DNA of 64,000 nt from Candidatus Babelota bacterium (lineage in GTDB: Bacteria > Babelota > Babeliae > Babelales > JACPOV01): contig JAKJAQ010000008.1 of the NCBI GenBank assembly GCA_022707425.1, positions 2,498 to 66,497 of the forward strand. The letters run 5' to 3'. This document shows, piece by piece, positions 17,197-27,386 of this stretch (the stretch's first letter is position 1; each line of letters opens with the position of its first letter). Under the pieces are notes generated by a model. It saw nothing but the letters and a program-made list of their open reading frames with translations. It was not told the origin of the DNA and made no database searches. The position numbers and the translations under genes are program-made.

Positions 17197-17942
17197 ATAA
17201 TGCATTCACTAATCATTCAACACATTTAATTGTCGGTCCACACGATGAAACACGTGCATACATTATAAAATCTTTGCAACAACTCTGGTGCGCTCACAAT
17301 GGTTGCAGTACATGCGGAGTGTGCGCGTCGGTTGTAGCGCAACAACATCATGCACTTTTTTGGTTAACACCAAATCCTCAATATACATTAGAGCAAATTG
17401 ATTTACTCATCGAAAAAACTGCATTTACGCTTGAACCATATAACTATTTTTTTTGCATAATTGAAAAAGCAGATTTTTTAACACTTGCAAGTGCAAATCG
17501 TCTTCTTAAAACACTAGAAGAGCCTCCGCGTGGTTATCATTTTATTTTGCAAGCACCTCGCATCGAGTCAATTTTACCTACCATTGCTTCTCGGTGCTTA
17601 ATTACTCCCATTTACTCTACAAAATCAGTTCTTGTTAGCCATCCCATTGCAGTGGTTTTTATTAACTTACAATTTGCACATCCTGATATTTTTTTAAAAC
17701 TCATCGATGATCATGAATTAACCGACCGAGAAACAACTGAACTCATCGATCAACTATTACATTATTGGCTCGTACAAACGATACATGATCAAGGTGAAAA
17801 TTGCGCAAAAACCAAATCTCATATTATGAGTCAATTATTGAAAGAAGCGTTAAACAATCCACCAATGCCAGGCAGCAGTAAATTATTTTGGAAAAACTTA
17901 TTCTTAAAAACACAACAGCATTTATCTCATGCACGAAGTTGA
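17193..17942 (+). CDS. holB: DNA polymerase III delta-prime subunit (short form)
   Basis: ATGA overlap with tmk, the usual tmk-holB synteny. Cys cluster CSTCGVCASV. LLKTLEEPP and SRC motifs. Confidence 0.7.
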   Translation: MNNAFTNHSTHLIVGPHDETRAYIIKSLQQLWCAHNGCSTCGVCASVVAQQHHALFWLTPNPQYTLEQIDLLIEKTAFTLEPYNYFFCIIEKADFLTLASANRLLKTLEEPPRGYHFILQAPRIESILPTIASRCLITPIYSTKSVLVSHPIAVVFINLQFAHPDIFLKLIDDHELTDRETTELIDQLLHYWLVQTIHDQGENCAKTKSHIMSQLLKEALNNPPMPGSSKLFWKNLFLKTQQHLSHARS

Positions 17943-18472
17943 TAGGTAGCAATTGTTGTATATTCTGGACCATTTGCTGATAACACAGAAGATCTCAATG
18001 TAAATTCGGTTACCGCAAAGCATTCGTTGAGCGATCCACTGTTGCGCACGAACGTTGTCAATCCATGAAAATCGGTAATCTTTTTTATGCGAGCAATGGT
18101 TACATGCCCCGCATAAGGACGATCATCAGTTTTCACAAAATCACGCAATACATCGTTCATTGTTTGAGCAAATAAAGACAATTGTAAAGACAGTGCTTCA
18201 ACCCACAACAAATGTGCATTTTCTGTCGCCGGCTTTAACGTAAGTGAAGAGACACAAATTTCAAATGGCGCAAACACAATAGAACTAAGAATTGTTTTTA
18301 TCTGCAACAATTGATCATTGCCTACATTACCAATAAATGCCAATGTTAGGTGAATATTTTCTGGCGTTACAAAACGTCCTTCAAAAAAATGATACTGCTT
18401 CATTTCTTTTTCAAGTGATTCAAAGCGTGTTCGAACTGTTTTTGGTAACTCAATACTGACAAATAATCTCAT
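17927..18472 (-). CDS. thpR: RNA 2',3'-cyclic phosphodiesterase (2H phosphoesterase, ThpR/LigT)
   Basis: Two HxTx motifs, HLTLAFIG and HVTIARI. About 180 aa. Confidence 0.85.
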   Translation of the reverse strand: MRLFVSIELPKTVRTRFESLEKEMKQYHFFEGRFVTPENIHLTLAFIGNVGNDQLLQIKTILSSIVFAPFEICVSSLTLKPATENAHLLWVEALSLQLSLFAQTMNDVLRDFVKTDDRPYAGHVTIARIKKITDFHGLTTFVRNSGSLNECFAVTEFTLRSSVLSANGPEYTTIATYQLRA

Positions 18473-18511
18473 GAGAGCTTTCTCACTTGTCTACACACAT
18501 CATTCATATAT

Positions 18512-19966
18512 TCAGCCACCTTTAATAACCGCGATCGGTTCTAATCGCGCAACTTTGCGCGCCAAATGTGCATCATGCACAACTTGCACTACTTCTTCAA
18601 CATCTTTATATGCAGTCGGTGCTTCTTCTGCCAACCCTGCATCCGAATCACAACGCACAACAATGCCCTTTTTTTCTAACTGACCGCGCAATGCTGAACC
18701 ACGCACCGTTTTTTTTGCTTGAACACGCGACATTCTGCGACCCGCTCCGTGGCAACAAGTGCCAAATGAAAGATCCATGCCTTTTTTAGTCCCAACCAAC
18801 ACATATGAAGCAGTACCCATTGTTCCCGGAATTAATACAGGCTGACCAATGGCGTGATATTTCGCCGGGAGTTCAGGTCGTCCTGGACCAAAAGAGCGTG
18901 TCGCACCTTTTCGATGCACTAACAATTCCAGCTCGCTGCCATTTATACTATGTTTTTCTTTTTTTCCAATATTGTGTGAAACATCATAAATCAAATTAAG
19001 CTGCGCACCATTTCCTAATATTTTTTGCCAACTTTCACGTACCCAATGACCAATCAAGTGACGATTTGCCCACGCAAAATTTGAGGCAGCTTGCATTGCT
19101 GCAAAATAATTTTGACCTTCTTGAGAATTAAACGGTGCACACACTAATTCACGATCGGGCAATTCAATATTCCATTTTTTTAACAATGGCATGAAATCGC
19201 GAACATAATCGGTACATGTTTGGTGGCCAAGTCCACGAGACCCACAATGGATCATCACCGTTACTTGGTTCATGCGCAGTCCCATGGTAGATGCAACTTC
19301 TTGGTCAAAAATTTCGGCAACTTTTTGCACTTCCAAAAAATGATTTCCTGAACCGAGTGTACCAAGTTGATCTGTGCCCCGATTTTTTGCTTTCTCTGAA
19401 ACACGGTCCGGATTTGCACCACTCATGCATCCATGCTCTTCGCAAAATTCAATATCAGTTCGCTCACCATATCCTTTTTTAAGCATATACGGTGCGCCTT
19501 CTGCTAATACATGATCAAGCTCCCTTTCCTTCAGCACCAATTTGCCACCACGCCCTACTCCAGAAGGAACCGCATGAAAAAGAGCCGTTGCAAGAGCATC
19601 AAGACTTTTTTTTATTTCCTCAAATTCATTATTTGCTGCAAGTAATCGCACACCGCAATTAATATCATACCCAATTCCCCCGGGAGAAATCGCGCCACCG
19701 TGGTCGATTGCAGTAGCTGCAACACCACCAATTGGAAATCCATACCCTTCATGAATATCGGGCATAGCAAACGCATAACCAACTATTCCAGGTAAGGTTG
19801 TGATATTCACCAATTGCCACAATGAACGATCTATACCAATTTCTTTCAACATTTTTTCAGTTGCAAAAACTCGTGCGGGCACACGCATATCAGAACGAAA
19901 GGAACGTTCAATTTCATATAAATAGGGTTCAATTTTTAACATTTGAGATCGATCAATCGTTTGCAT
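18512..19966 (-). CDS. rtcB: RNA-splicing ligase RtcB
   Basis: PDIHEGYGFPIGG, GGIGYDINCGVR, GSGNHFLE, IHCGSRGLGHQ, CHGAGR. Confidence 0.95.
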   Translation of the reverse strand: MQTIDRSQMLKIEPYLYEIERSFRSDMRVPARVFATEKMLKEIGIDRSLWQLVNITTLPGIVGYAFAMPDIHEGYGFPIGGVAATAIDHGGAISPGGIGYDINCGVRLLAANNEFEEIKKSLDALATALFHAVPSGVGRGGKLVLKERELDHVLAEGAPYMLKKGYGERTDIEFCEEHGCMSGANPDRVSEKAKNRGTDQLGTLGSGNHFLEVQKVAEIFDQEVASTMGLRMNQVTVMIHCGSRGLGHQTCTDYVRDFMPLLKKWNIELPDRELVCAPFNSQEGQNYFAAMQAASNFAWANRHLIGHWVRESWQKILGNGAQLNLIYDVSHNIGKKEKHSINGSELELLVHRKGATRSFGPGRPELPAKYHAIGQPVLIPGTMGTASYVLVGTKKGMDLSFGTCCHGAGRRMSRVQAKKTVRGSALRGQLEKKGIVVRCDSDAGLAEEAPTAYKDVEEVVQVVHDAHLARKVARLEPIAVIKGG

Positions 19967-19984
19967 GTGTTCCTTTTTTTTTAT

Positions 19985-20434
19985 CTAAATATCAAAAACG
20001 ATTTCTACTGTCCATAATCCATTGTGTTGCTGTATTTCGCATCCGTGATAAGTAACTGCTTTTATTTCAACAACATCAAAATGTTCGATAGCAATGCCAT
20101 GCAAAGTTGCATCAACATGTGTTGCAGAAAGCTGATGAATGGTAACATCTAAATATGCTTCATTATATATATCTGATAAATACAGTGCATGAGACAAGAA
20201 ATCAATAAGCAATTCATCTTTACTATGAGATTGAATTGAAACAGGTCGAGAAATTGGTAATTGTGCACAAATAAGTTGGTTGTTAAGTCGTTCACAACCA
20301 CGAGCTTGTGGTCCGATACTTTGAAACATGCCAATCAGTGCATGACGAAAGAGATCTTCGATTGTTTTACCGCACACGCGAATTTTTAAATCGGCCGTGT
20401 GCGGCAAAATTTCATAATCGGCGCTACACTTCAT
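19985..20434 (-). CDS. archease (RtcB activator)
   Basis: YEILPHTADLKIRVCGKTIEDLFRHALIGMF at the N-terminus and IKAVTYHGCEI...WTVEIVFDI at the C-terminus. Confidence 0.85.
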   Translation of the reverse strand: MKCSADYEILPHTADLKIRVCGKTIEDLFRHALIGMFQSIGPQARGCERLNNQLICAQLPISRPVSIQSHSKDELLIDFLSHALYLSDIYNEAYLDVTIHQLSATHVDATLHGIAIEHFDVVEIKAVTYHGCEIQQHNGLWTVEIVFDI

Positions 20435-20468
20435 ACTCTATTCCTTGTTTTAATTTTAACTTGGGTCT

Positions 20469-20732
20469 CTAATGAGCCCCTTTGCTAGATTTCTTTGGAG
20501 GTCCCTGTACTGGTGTTTGACCGTGGGCAAACTGATTTGATTGTAAATTAGTATATTGTACCTGTGCACTTCCTTCACATTCATGACCATGTATGTACGC
20601 AGCACTACCGGTTGGTACGGGAAGCGTGCTTTCCAAATGACCATTACTGCCGCGACGTCTTGTGGTATCACCCAATATATTCAATACGCCAGAACTACTC
20701 ACCAGCAAAAAAAGCCAAAAAAAATTAATCAC
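20469..20732 (-). CDS. hypothetical small exported protein (His/Gly/Gln-rich)
   Basis: Signal-like MINFFWLFLLVSSSGVLNILG. No family recognised. Confidence 0.4.
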   Translation of the reverse strand: MINFFWLFLLVSSSGVLNILGDTTRRRGSNGHLESTLPVPTGSAAYIHGHECEGSAQVQYTNLQSNQFAHGQTPVQGPPKKSSKGAH

Positions 20733-20771
20733 AATTTTTCTTTCTAGTAAATGTTAATTTTCAATTTCTAT

Positions 20772-21083
20772 TTAACCTGCTTGATTTGTGTTGCTAACTA
20801 CATTCACCATATGATTTTGCATTGTATGATTGTGTGTTGGCACAACATTGTTATGATTGCCAGAGACCTGTGGTACATAGTTAGCTCCGGGAAAATCTGC
20901 TTCGTAAGACATTGGATAGGTCGAAGCAGCAACCAATGCTCCGATTGCAGCATTAACATGTTGGTTAGTTTGATTATTTGTATGCTGAACTGAATTTTGG
21001 AGTTGATTTTGTCCGCCACACGGCTTTGCTGAGAGCATACCCATATTCAAAAGCAAAAAGAATGTCATTAACTTCGATTTCAT
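20772..21083 (-). CDS. hypothetical small exported protein (Asn/Gln/His-rich)
   Basis: Start taken at MKSKLMTFFLLLNMGMLSA (ATG 21083). Mature part is rich in N/Q/H (HTNNQTNQH, THNHTMQNH). Confidence 0.4.
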   Translation of the reverse strand: MKSKLMTFFLLLNMGMLSAKPCGGQNQLQNSVQHTNNQTNQHVNAAIGALVAASTYPMSYEADFPGANYVPQVSGNHNNVVPTHNHTMQNHMVNVVSNTNQAG

Positions 21084-21267
21084 AAAGAGTCTTCTTCTAT
21101 GTAAAAAATGAAATAATTCAAAAATATACATATACTATAGATCAATTTTTATTTTCATTCAATCAATAATTATGTACATTTGATTGATCGCCAGTTGATT
21201 AATTTTTACACTAAATCTACAAACAAAATTTCATCATTTTTTTACCCTAAAATGATAGTTATCCCTT

Positions 21268-21699
21268 ATGCCCGCACCAATTAAACATTTCTTAAACGCG
21301 CTGTTACCGGCGCAACAAAGTTGGAAACTAACGTTGCTTCAACAATGGCACACCATCATGGGCAATTTAAAAACACACGTCACACTTGAAAAAATTAATG
21401 ATGACACACTAACCTTAGGAGTCTTCAATTCAAGCTGGATGCAAGAGCTCTATCTCATTTCACCCATAATTCTTGAAACAATTAACAAAAATCTGGACCA
21501 GCCGCGCATAAAACAGATACGCTTTAAACAGATTGTGCAGAAAAAAAAGAAGAAAATTATGAATAATGCGCCAAGCAATCTTAAAGAAATTGACATATCA
21601 TTAACGGTAAATGAAAAAAATGCTTTGGCCACTATTCAAGACCCCGAACTGCGGCAGTCACTCTATAAATTTTTAGTTCGTTGCCAAAGGGAGAAATAA
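21268..21699 (+). CDS. DUF721 / DciA-like protein (candidate replicative helicase operator)
   Basis: WHTIMGNLKTHVTLEKINDDTLTLGVFNSSWMQELYLISPIILETINKNL matches the DUF721 pattern (W..IvG..l..ht....l.dgtL.v.v.s..W..EL). Confidence 0.65.
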   Translation: MPAPIKHFLNALLPAQQSWKLTLLQQWHTIMGNLKTHVTLEKINDDTLTLGVFNSSWMQELYLISPIILETINKNLDQPRIKQIRFKQIVQKKKKKIMNNAPSNLKEIDISLTVNEKNALATIQDPELRQSLYKFLVRCQREK

Positions 21700-23279
21700 T
21701 GAGGGATAATCATATTACTTTTTTTTTGCTGTACATACTCCTGAGCAGCTGCGCAACAACATTTCTTACACCCCCTTCTCAAATTGATGACACACCAACG
21801 AATCCTTTTCATCTTTATTTCTGGGCATATTACAACGATTTAACACGCAATCATCCAGCTGCGCAAAAATGTTATGACGCTCTTTTTCGGTCAGAAACAT
21901 CTCCCTATATTTATGCAGGGTATTTACATCATCTATTTAACACAAACCAATTTGAAAAAATTGTTTCACTTACTCCTAAAGTCGAATCGCATTTCCCTCA
22001 CAATCTCGAGTTACAACTCATTGTTGTAAAAGCGCTTGAGCAAACTGGAAAGCAAGCTCACGCTGATAAACGAATCATGACTTTAGCAGCAACACATACA
22101 AATAATCCCGAACTAATTTATTACGGCGCAGCAGCCTATGTTCGCGCAAATCAGTCGCAAGAAGCGGTAGCGTTGATTGATCGTTATTTAACAAGCAAAC
22201 CTGAACGACCATCACACTTTATTTTTTATTTTATGAAAGCGCAAATACATTTACAGCTATTTCAAAAAGATGCAGCCTTAGCACAGATAGAAAAATGTTT
22301 AGAGCTGAATCCGCATTTCGAGCAAGGTTGGTTACTTTCAGGATTGTTGAATGAACTTTCTGGTAAAATTGATCAAGCACTCGTTGGCTACCGTAACTTT
22401 CTTTCAATTGTCGGTAATGACAAAGCGGTGGAACAACAAATTCTCAATCTCATTATAAAAAAACAACAAAATAATTTATTACCATACAATGATCATTTAT
22501 TTAAAAAAGCAATAGAGCTCAATGATCAGAAACAATCAAAAACAGCACTCACCATGATTAATCAATATCTCTCGCACTATCCCAAAAATACCGAAGCACA
22601 GCTTTTTAAAATCGAATTACTTTGTTCTCAAGGAAAAGCTGCGCGTGCTGTTGAATTGATTAAACAATTAATTGTGCATGATTCAACAAATCCATTTTGG
22701 TATCAAGTACTCCATGTTCTTTATGAAGCACAGGTTGAACAAAAACATATTACGTATGTTCTGCGCATGCTTGAACAACGGTACCCTAAAAATTTGTTAC
22801 CGCTTTTTTATTTAATTGATATTTCACTCAAAAAAGATGACATGCAAACCGCTTTTTATTATCTGAATCATGCACTTACTATCACCAATGATCCCCTCAT
22901 GCATGCCAAATTACTTTATCAAATGGCTTTGATGTACTATGCAAAAAAAGATTGGACGAGCATGATACAAACACTCCATTCATGCCAAGCACTAAAAAAT
23001 CATTTTGCACCAGCGTATCATTTACTTGCTTATTATTATGCAACTGAAGAAAAAAATTTCGCGACTGCACAAAAATATATTGATCTTGCGCTTATACATG
23101 ATAAATCAAATCGCATCTTTTTAAATACGCAAGCGCGCATTTGGTATAAACAAAAGCAATATGACAAAGCTTCAGATTTAATTGCATTGACACCCTATCA
23201 ACTGCCAGTTTCATTTCCACATTTAAAATATTGCGATAAATTACAAAATAAATACGAACAACTTTCAAAAATTAATTAG
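21699..23279 (+). CDS. TPR-repeat lipoprotein
   Basis: TAATG overlap with the upstream gene, with AAGGGAG as RBS. Lipobox LLSSC. Multiple TPR-like helical repeats throughout. Confidence 0.7.
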   Translation: MRDNHITFFLLYILLSSCATTFLTPPSQIDDTPTNPFHLYFWAYYNDLTRNHPAAQKCYDALFRSETSPYIYAGYLHHLFNTNQFEKIVSLTPKVESHFPHNLELQLIVVKALEQTGKQAHADKRIMTLAATHTNNPELIYYGAAAYVRANQSQEAVALIDRYLTSKPERPSHFIFYFMKAQIHLQLFQKDAALAQIEKCLELNPHFEQGWLLSGLLNELSGKIDQALVGYRNFLSIVGNDKAVEQQILNLIIKKQQNNLLPYNDHLFKKAIELNDQKQSKTALTMINQYLSHYPKNTEAQLFKIELLCSQGKAARAVELIKQLIVHDSTNPFWYQVLHVLYEAQVEQKHITYVLRMLEQRYPKNLLPLFYLIDISLKKDDMQTAFYYLNHALTITNDPLMHAKLLYQMALMYYAKKDWTSMIQTLHSCQALKNHFAPAYHLLAYYYATEEKNFATAQKYIDLALIHDKSNRIFLNTQARIWYKQKQYDKASDLIALTPYQLPVSFPHLKYCDKLQNKYEQLSKIN

Positions 23280-23286
23280 GCATTCG

Positions 23287-24336
23287 ATGATAACTTCATT
23301 TTGTTTTGTTGCAGGTGGCTCAGGAGGACACAGCGTTCCTTGTTTAACCATTGCCTATAATTATCAACAACAATATCCAGATGCACAGTGTATATTTTTC
23401 ACCTCAAGTCGAACACTTGATCAAAAAATTGCTAAAGAATATACATGGCTTTCACAAATCCAACATCTTCGGCTTACTTCGTTTCCTGGTTGGCGATTGT
23501 GGCGTTATCCATCATTTTTTTGGCTGATTGGTACCGCATTTGTTAAAGCTTATACTATTTTGCGGACAGAAAAACCGCGTAAACTCATAAGCCTGGGTGG
23601 TTTTGTTTCAGTTCCCGTGTGTTTAGCAGCCGCTTTGTTGCGCATCCCCATCGAATTGTATGAACTCAATGCTGTACCAGGCAAAGCAGTTCGTTTGTTA
23701 GCGCTTTTCGCCCAACGAATTTTTATTTGTTTTGAGCAAGCTCAAAATAACTTACCAAGCGAAAAATGTATTTTTGCTCCTTATCCAATTCGATTTTCAA
23801 ACGTTTTGTCTTTATCCTCGAAAAAATTACTGGCTCCAGTAAAAAATTTAACGCTCTTAATTGTCGGTGGATCACAAGGTTCCGCTTTTATTAATTCCGC
23901 TATTAAAAAGTGGCTCTCGCTTCCCAATCGTTTATCGATCCCATTTACCATTATTCATCAAACTGGGGCTCAACATCTTGATGATATGCAACGTTTTTAT
24001 GCAGATGCCGGAATAGATGCGCACGTTTTTGATTATCACCATCAACTCGAATCTTTTTATCAGCAAGCAGATATTGTCGTGTGCCGTGCAGGAGCAGGAA
24101 CATTGTTTGAATTACTCTTTTTTAACAAACAATGCATTACCATTCCGCTTGAAGATTGCGCTGATAACCATCAATATGCCAATGCAATTGCGCTCGCTCA
24201 AAAATATCCAGAATTAGTAAGTGTCGTCAGACAACATGAACTTCAAAAAGATCCTGAGTTGCTCGATTGTGCACTGCGCTTGAAACTTTTTCATGATGGC
24301 CAACCATCTGGTTTTGAGCCTAATCCAAACACATAA
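23287..24336 (+). CDS. murG: undecaprenyldiphospho-muramoylpentapeptide beta-N-acetylglucosaminyltransferase
   Basis: AGGSGGHSVPCLTIA, GGSQGS, VVCRAGAGTLFEL, NHQYANA. Confidence 0.9.
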   Translation: MITSFCFVAGGSGGHSVPCLTIAYNYQQQYPDAQCIFFTSSRTLDQKIAKEYTWLSQIQHLRLTSFPGWRLWRYPSFFWLIGTAFVKAYTILRTEKPRKLISLGGFVSVPVCLAAALLRIPIELYELNAVPGKAVRLLALFAQRIFICFEQAQNNLPSEKCIFAPYPIRFSNVLSLSSKKLLAPVKNLTLLIVGGSQGSAFINSAIKKWLSLPNRLSIPFTIIHQTGAQHLDDMQRFYADAGIDAHVFDYHHQLESFYQQADIVVCRAGAGTLFELLFFNKQCITIPLEDCADNHQYANAIALAQKYPELVSVVRQHELQKDPELLDCALRLKLFHDGQPSGFEPNPNT

Positions 24337-26201
24337 TAATTAACACCACTTTTTCTCACCAACGGATAATTAACAATACTAATTGGTCCCGTCAAAAGAG
24401 CGTCAATCATATGTTGCCCTTGCGGAGTAATTGCAGCAGCATTTGTTTTCGGATCGATCGCCGCAAATAAACTTTTATTTCCTTTGAGCGCTAAATAATT
24501 TTTTATATCGGTCGCCACTTTTGTTTTGTCTTTATTATAATTATTAACCCAATTAATTAAATTCGTTGTGAGCTCCTGCATCACATCAGGTTTTAAAACA
24601 AGCGCTCCTGAACTATCTTTTATGTAAAAACTATCATCAAGATACATGTTGCTTATTAATTGATCGATGCGTAACTGCGGTGGCTGGACATAGTAATAAA
24701 AATCGGCAGAGCTATCAACACCAGTTGGTAAAAACCGATCAGCAAATAGTACAAATCCAGAAATGCCAGAACTTGCTGCATCTTTGGGATCCACATCGAC
24801 AATTTTTCCGTTACTGTTCGCTTGCAACTTACTCAGATCAAATTTATTACCAACCAAACCTACCTGAGAATATACCGCACCTTGCCCAATTTTTCCTGAA
24901 GCTAAACGATCAAGAAATTTTTTGGCTTGTGCATCATCCATTGTTTGCAATGTGACACCATAGAGCCATGCTTCTTTTTCTTTAATTTGTGGACGAACCA
25001 CGGTAAAATCTGCAACTTTGCCCGCGTCAATTTTTTGCATGAGTTGATAATCAGCAGTTTTATAAACTACCCAAAAAGATTCAACAGCATCAAAAGGAAT
25101 TGAACTCGGATCGGTTTGTTCTTTATTTTGTACACTTATTTGTTGTTCCTGAGTCGCTGATTGTCGCCATACATGACATTTTACTGGATTAATATCGCGA
25201 ACTTTGCCCGCAACCGGTTGTGGAAAATTGCCAATCGAAAGCCCTTGCATACTCACCATGGGGCCAGTTGCACCATCATATAATTGATAGGTATACAACA
25301 TTGGACCAGCAGGGTCATATTGTTTGGTTGTATCGTTATAGGCCACATTGCCGATACCTAGTGGCTGCACAGGAATTGATCCGGCAGATTTTCCACCTGC
25401 TGTGAATACAAAAGAACGGGTTTCTCCGGGGCCAGGACGAATTGATGTTGGATTATTAGCCGTCGATTGCAATGAATTAAATGACAATATTTCAAGTGTG
25501 ACGGTGTATTGTTTTCCATCTTTTGTAAAAGAAAGTTGACCCTCTTGTTTGGAATTATTAAAAAAAGACCCTAAAAAATCTGTTGAATCGGTTTTAACTC
25601 CCAAATACTCTGCCTTCAATTGGCTTCCCCCAAAATAAACACGATAATAATAAATATTATTATCATTGGGACTCCATGGATAAATTTGGCGAAACATAAT
25701 TTGTAAATTACCAAATTGTCCGCTCGCAACAGTCAAAAATTTATTAAGATCGGTTGTGGGAGTAAGTTTTGCAAAAAATGTATTTGCCGGATCTGCATAA
25801 AGTACTACATTGAGATAAAGCTGCTGATTAAAAAAAGTTTTTCCCGATGTTGAAAATGGCTGAATAAGCGCAGAATTATCATAATCTTCTGATATATTTG
25901 CTCCCATTGCCGGAACAACTCGTTGTTGACCCGCAAGAACCAATACATTTGAATCGTTCCAAACAACATAACTATAATGATAATCTGCTGTCACCACACC
26001 AATACTTTGCCCCATACCTTTCAGGAAGTTGAGTCCTCCATCAGCTGCACCTTGAGCAGTATTTACAAATTTGTCCTTCAAATCACTCCATTTTTGGTCA
26101 ATTCCCTGTTGATCTGTCCCTTGATTTCCTTGTCCACCCGCATAAATCACACTGGTACACAACCCAAGCAGAAACACCCTGCATAATCCTCTCCAAACCA
26201 T
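24291..26201 (-). CDS. large exported protein of unknown function
   Basis: ATG 26201 is preceded by AAGGAGG. Signal-like MVWRGLCRVFLLGLCTSVIYAGG. 636 aa, rich in Gln/Asn/Tyr/Gly. No motif recognised. Confidence 0.7.
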   Translation of the reverse strand: MVWRGLCRVFLLGLCTSVIYAGGQGNQGTDQQGIDQKWSDLKDKFVNTAQGAADGGLNFLKGMGQSIGVVTADYHYSYVVWNDSNVLVLAGQQRVVPAMGANISEDYDNSALIQPFSTSGKTFFNQQLYLNVVLYADPANTFFAKLTPTTDLNKFLTVASGQFGNLQIMFRQIYPWSPNDNNIYYYRVYFGGSQLKAEYLGVKTDSTDFLGSFFNNSKQEGQLSFTKDGKQYTVTLEILSFNSLQSTANNPTSIRPGPGETRSFVFTAGGKSAGSIPVQPLGIGNVAYNDTTKQYDPAGPMLYTYQLYDGATGPMVSMQGLSIGNFPQPVAGKVRDINPVKCHVWRQSATQEQQISVQNKEQTDPSSIPFDAVESFWVVYKTADYQLMQKIDAGKVADFTVVRPQIKEKEAWLYGVTLQTMDDAQAKKFLDRLASGKIGQGAVYSQVGLVGNKFDLSKLQANSNGKIVDVDPKDAASSGISGFVLFADRFLPTGVDSSADFYYYVQPPQLRIDQLISNMYLDDSFYIKDSSGALVLKPDVMQELTTNLINWVNNYNKDKTKVATDIKNYLALKGNKSLFAAIDPKTNAAAITPQGQHMIDALLTGPISIVNYPLVRKSGVNYYVFGLGSKPDGWPS

Positions 26202-26354
26202 AGTAGCCTCCTTGATGGCAGATTCCGTTAAAATCCACTGATAGCCTACACACCCCTCCCAGTGCCGCGCAATGATTGACCCCCTTGAATAAAATTTTAA
26301 AAACAGTAAACTTATTAATGAAAAATATTTCAAATAGTTTATATTGGAATTATT

Positions 26355-27386
26355 ATGAAAAAAAGAAGAGCCATATTTTATAGTTTATTAACACTTTTGC
26401 TTTTTCTGCAATATCCATTAAAACCAATGGATTTTATAAAAAATATTACGAACGCCAGCGCTAGTACAATCACCCAATCCATCTACTGGGGATCTGCAAT
26501 GTACTATTTATGGTCAACAATGCGTGAACCAAAAGGCACACCTTTAAAAAATGATAGTCCCACGGTCGCCTATTTAAAACAAAAACGTAAGGAATTAGGG
26601 TACCCTGAGTCGCTCGATAATATTAAATTTTACAGTGGCGACGTTCCTTTTTCAGGAAATAACCATATTTATCTACCAATGAATGATGAGCTAATTATCG
26701 CATACTGCTTGAATCCAGATACAATTAAAGATACCGCCAAAGCCCAATCAACTCGTAAAGCAATAGAAAATTTTAAACGTGAACAAAACGAATCGATTGA
26801 AAATTTTGCAAAGAAATCAAATGTTGATGCCGATTCATCTAAAATAATTGCAACTCAATTGTTTGGAAAAGGATCACCAGACGATATGATTCCAACAATT
26901 TGTCATGAATACGGCCATATATATCACAATCATTATCATCAATTTTGGTTAGCTCCATTCATTACATGGACTTGCAGCGAAATCGGAGCACAAGTTTTAG
27001 ATACGCATATTTTTGGTGGCAAAATGCAGGATTATCCGCTCACTACACTTGGTGTCAAATTAGCATGTGCAGCCACTGGCGCAATAGCGCATAGATGGTT
27101 CGCAGAATACCAAGCTGATGGTGAAGTCATTAAAAGAATTAAAAATTCTACATTGCTAGAAAAAGATGCACATCTTTGGCGCGCACTCCATAAATTATCT
27201 GACCAGCAAATAAAACACTACCCCTCTTTGATAAAACCCGCTGCAAAAATTTTATCAAACTGGCAACATCCAAGCGATTTGAGTAGAGCACAACGAATGC
27301 AAAAAGCTGCAAATAACCAAAAAATATATAGCCAACAATTACAACAACAATCATTTCAAAATATCAAAAACGTCCTTGATCGATAA
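26355..27386 (+). CDS. exported putative zinc metallopeptidase (HExxH, M48-like)
   Basis: Signal-like MKKRRAIFYSLLTLLLFLQ. HEYGH at ICHEYGHIYHNH. Downstream WFAEYQADG resembles the M48 third-ligand E..AD motif. Confidence 0.45.
   Translation: MKKRRAIFYSLLTLLLFLQYPLKPMDFIKNITNASASTITQSIYWGSAMYYLWSTMREPKGTPLKNDSPTVAYLKQKRKELGYPESLDNIKFYSGDVPFSGNNHIYLPMNDELIIAYCLNPDTIKDTAKAQSTRKAIENFKREQNESIENFAKKSNVDADSSKIIATQLFGKGSPDDMIPTICHEYGHIYHNHYHQFWLAPFITWTCSEIGAQVLDTHIFGGKMQDYPLTTLGVKLACAATGAIAHRWFAEYQADGEVIKRIKNSTLLEKDAHLWRALHKLSDQQIKHYPSLIKPAAKILSNWQHPSDLSRAQRMQKAANNQKIYSQQLQQQSFQNIKNVLDR

Noticed and set aside
18512-19966. Checked RtcB for an intein or insertion
   Set aside because: The length (484 aa) and contiguous conserved motifs match intein-free RtcB of the archaeal/long type. 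There is no Cys/Ser-His-Asn splice-junction block.
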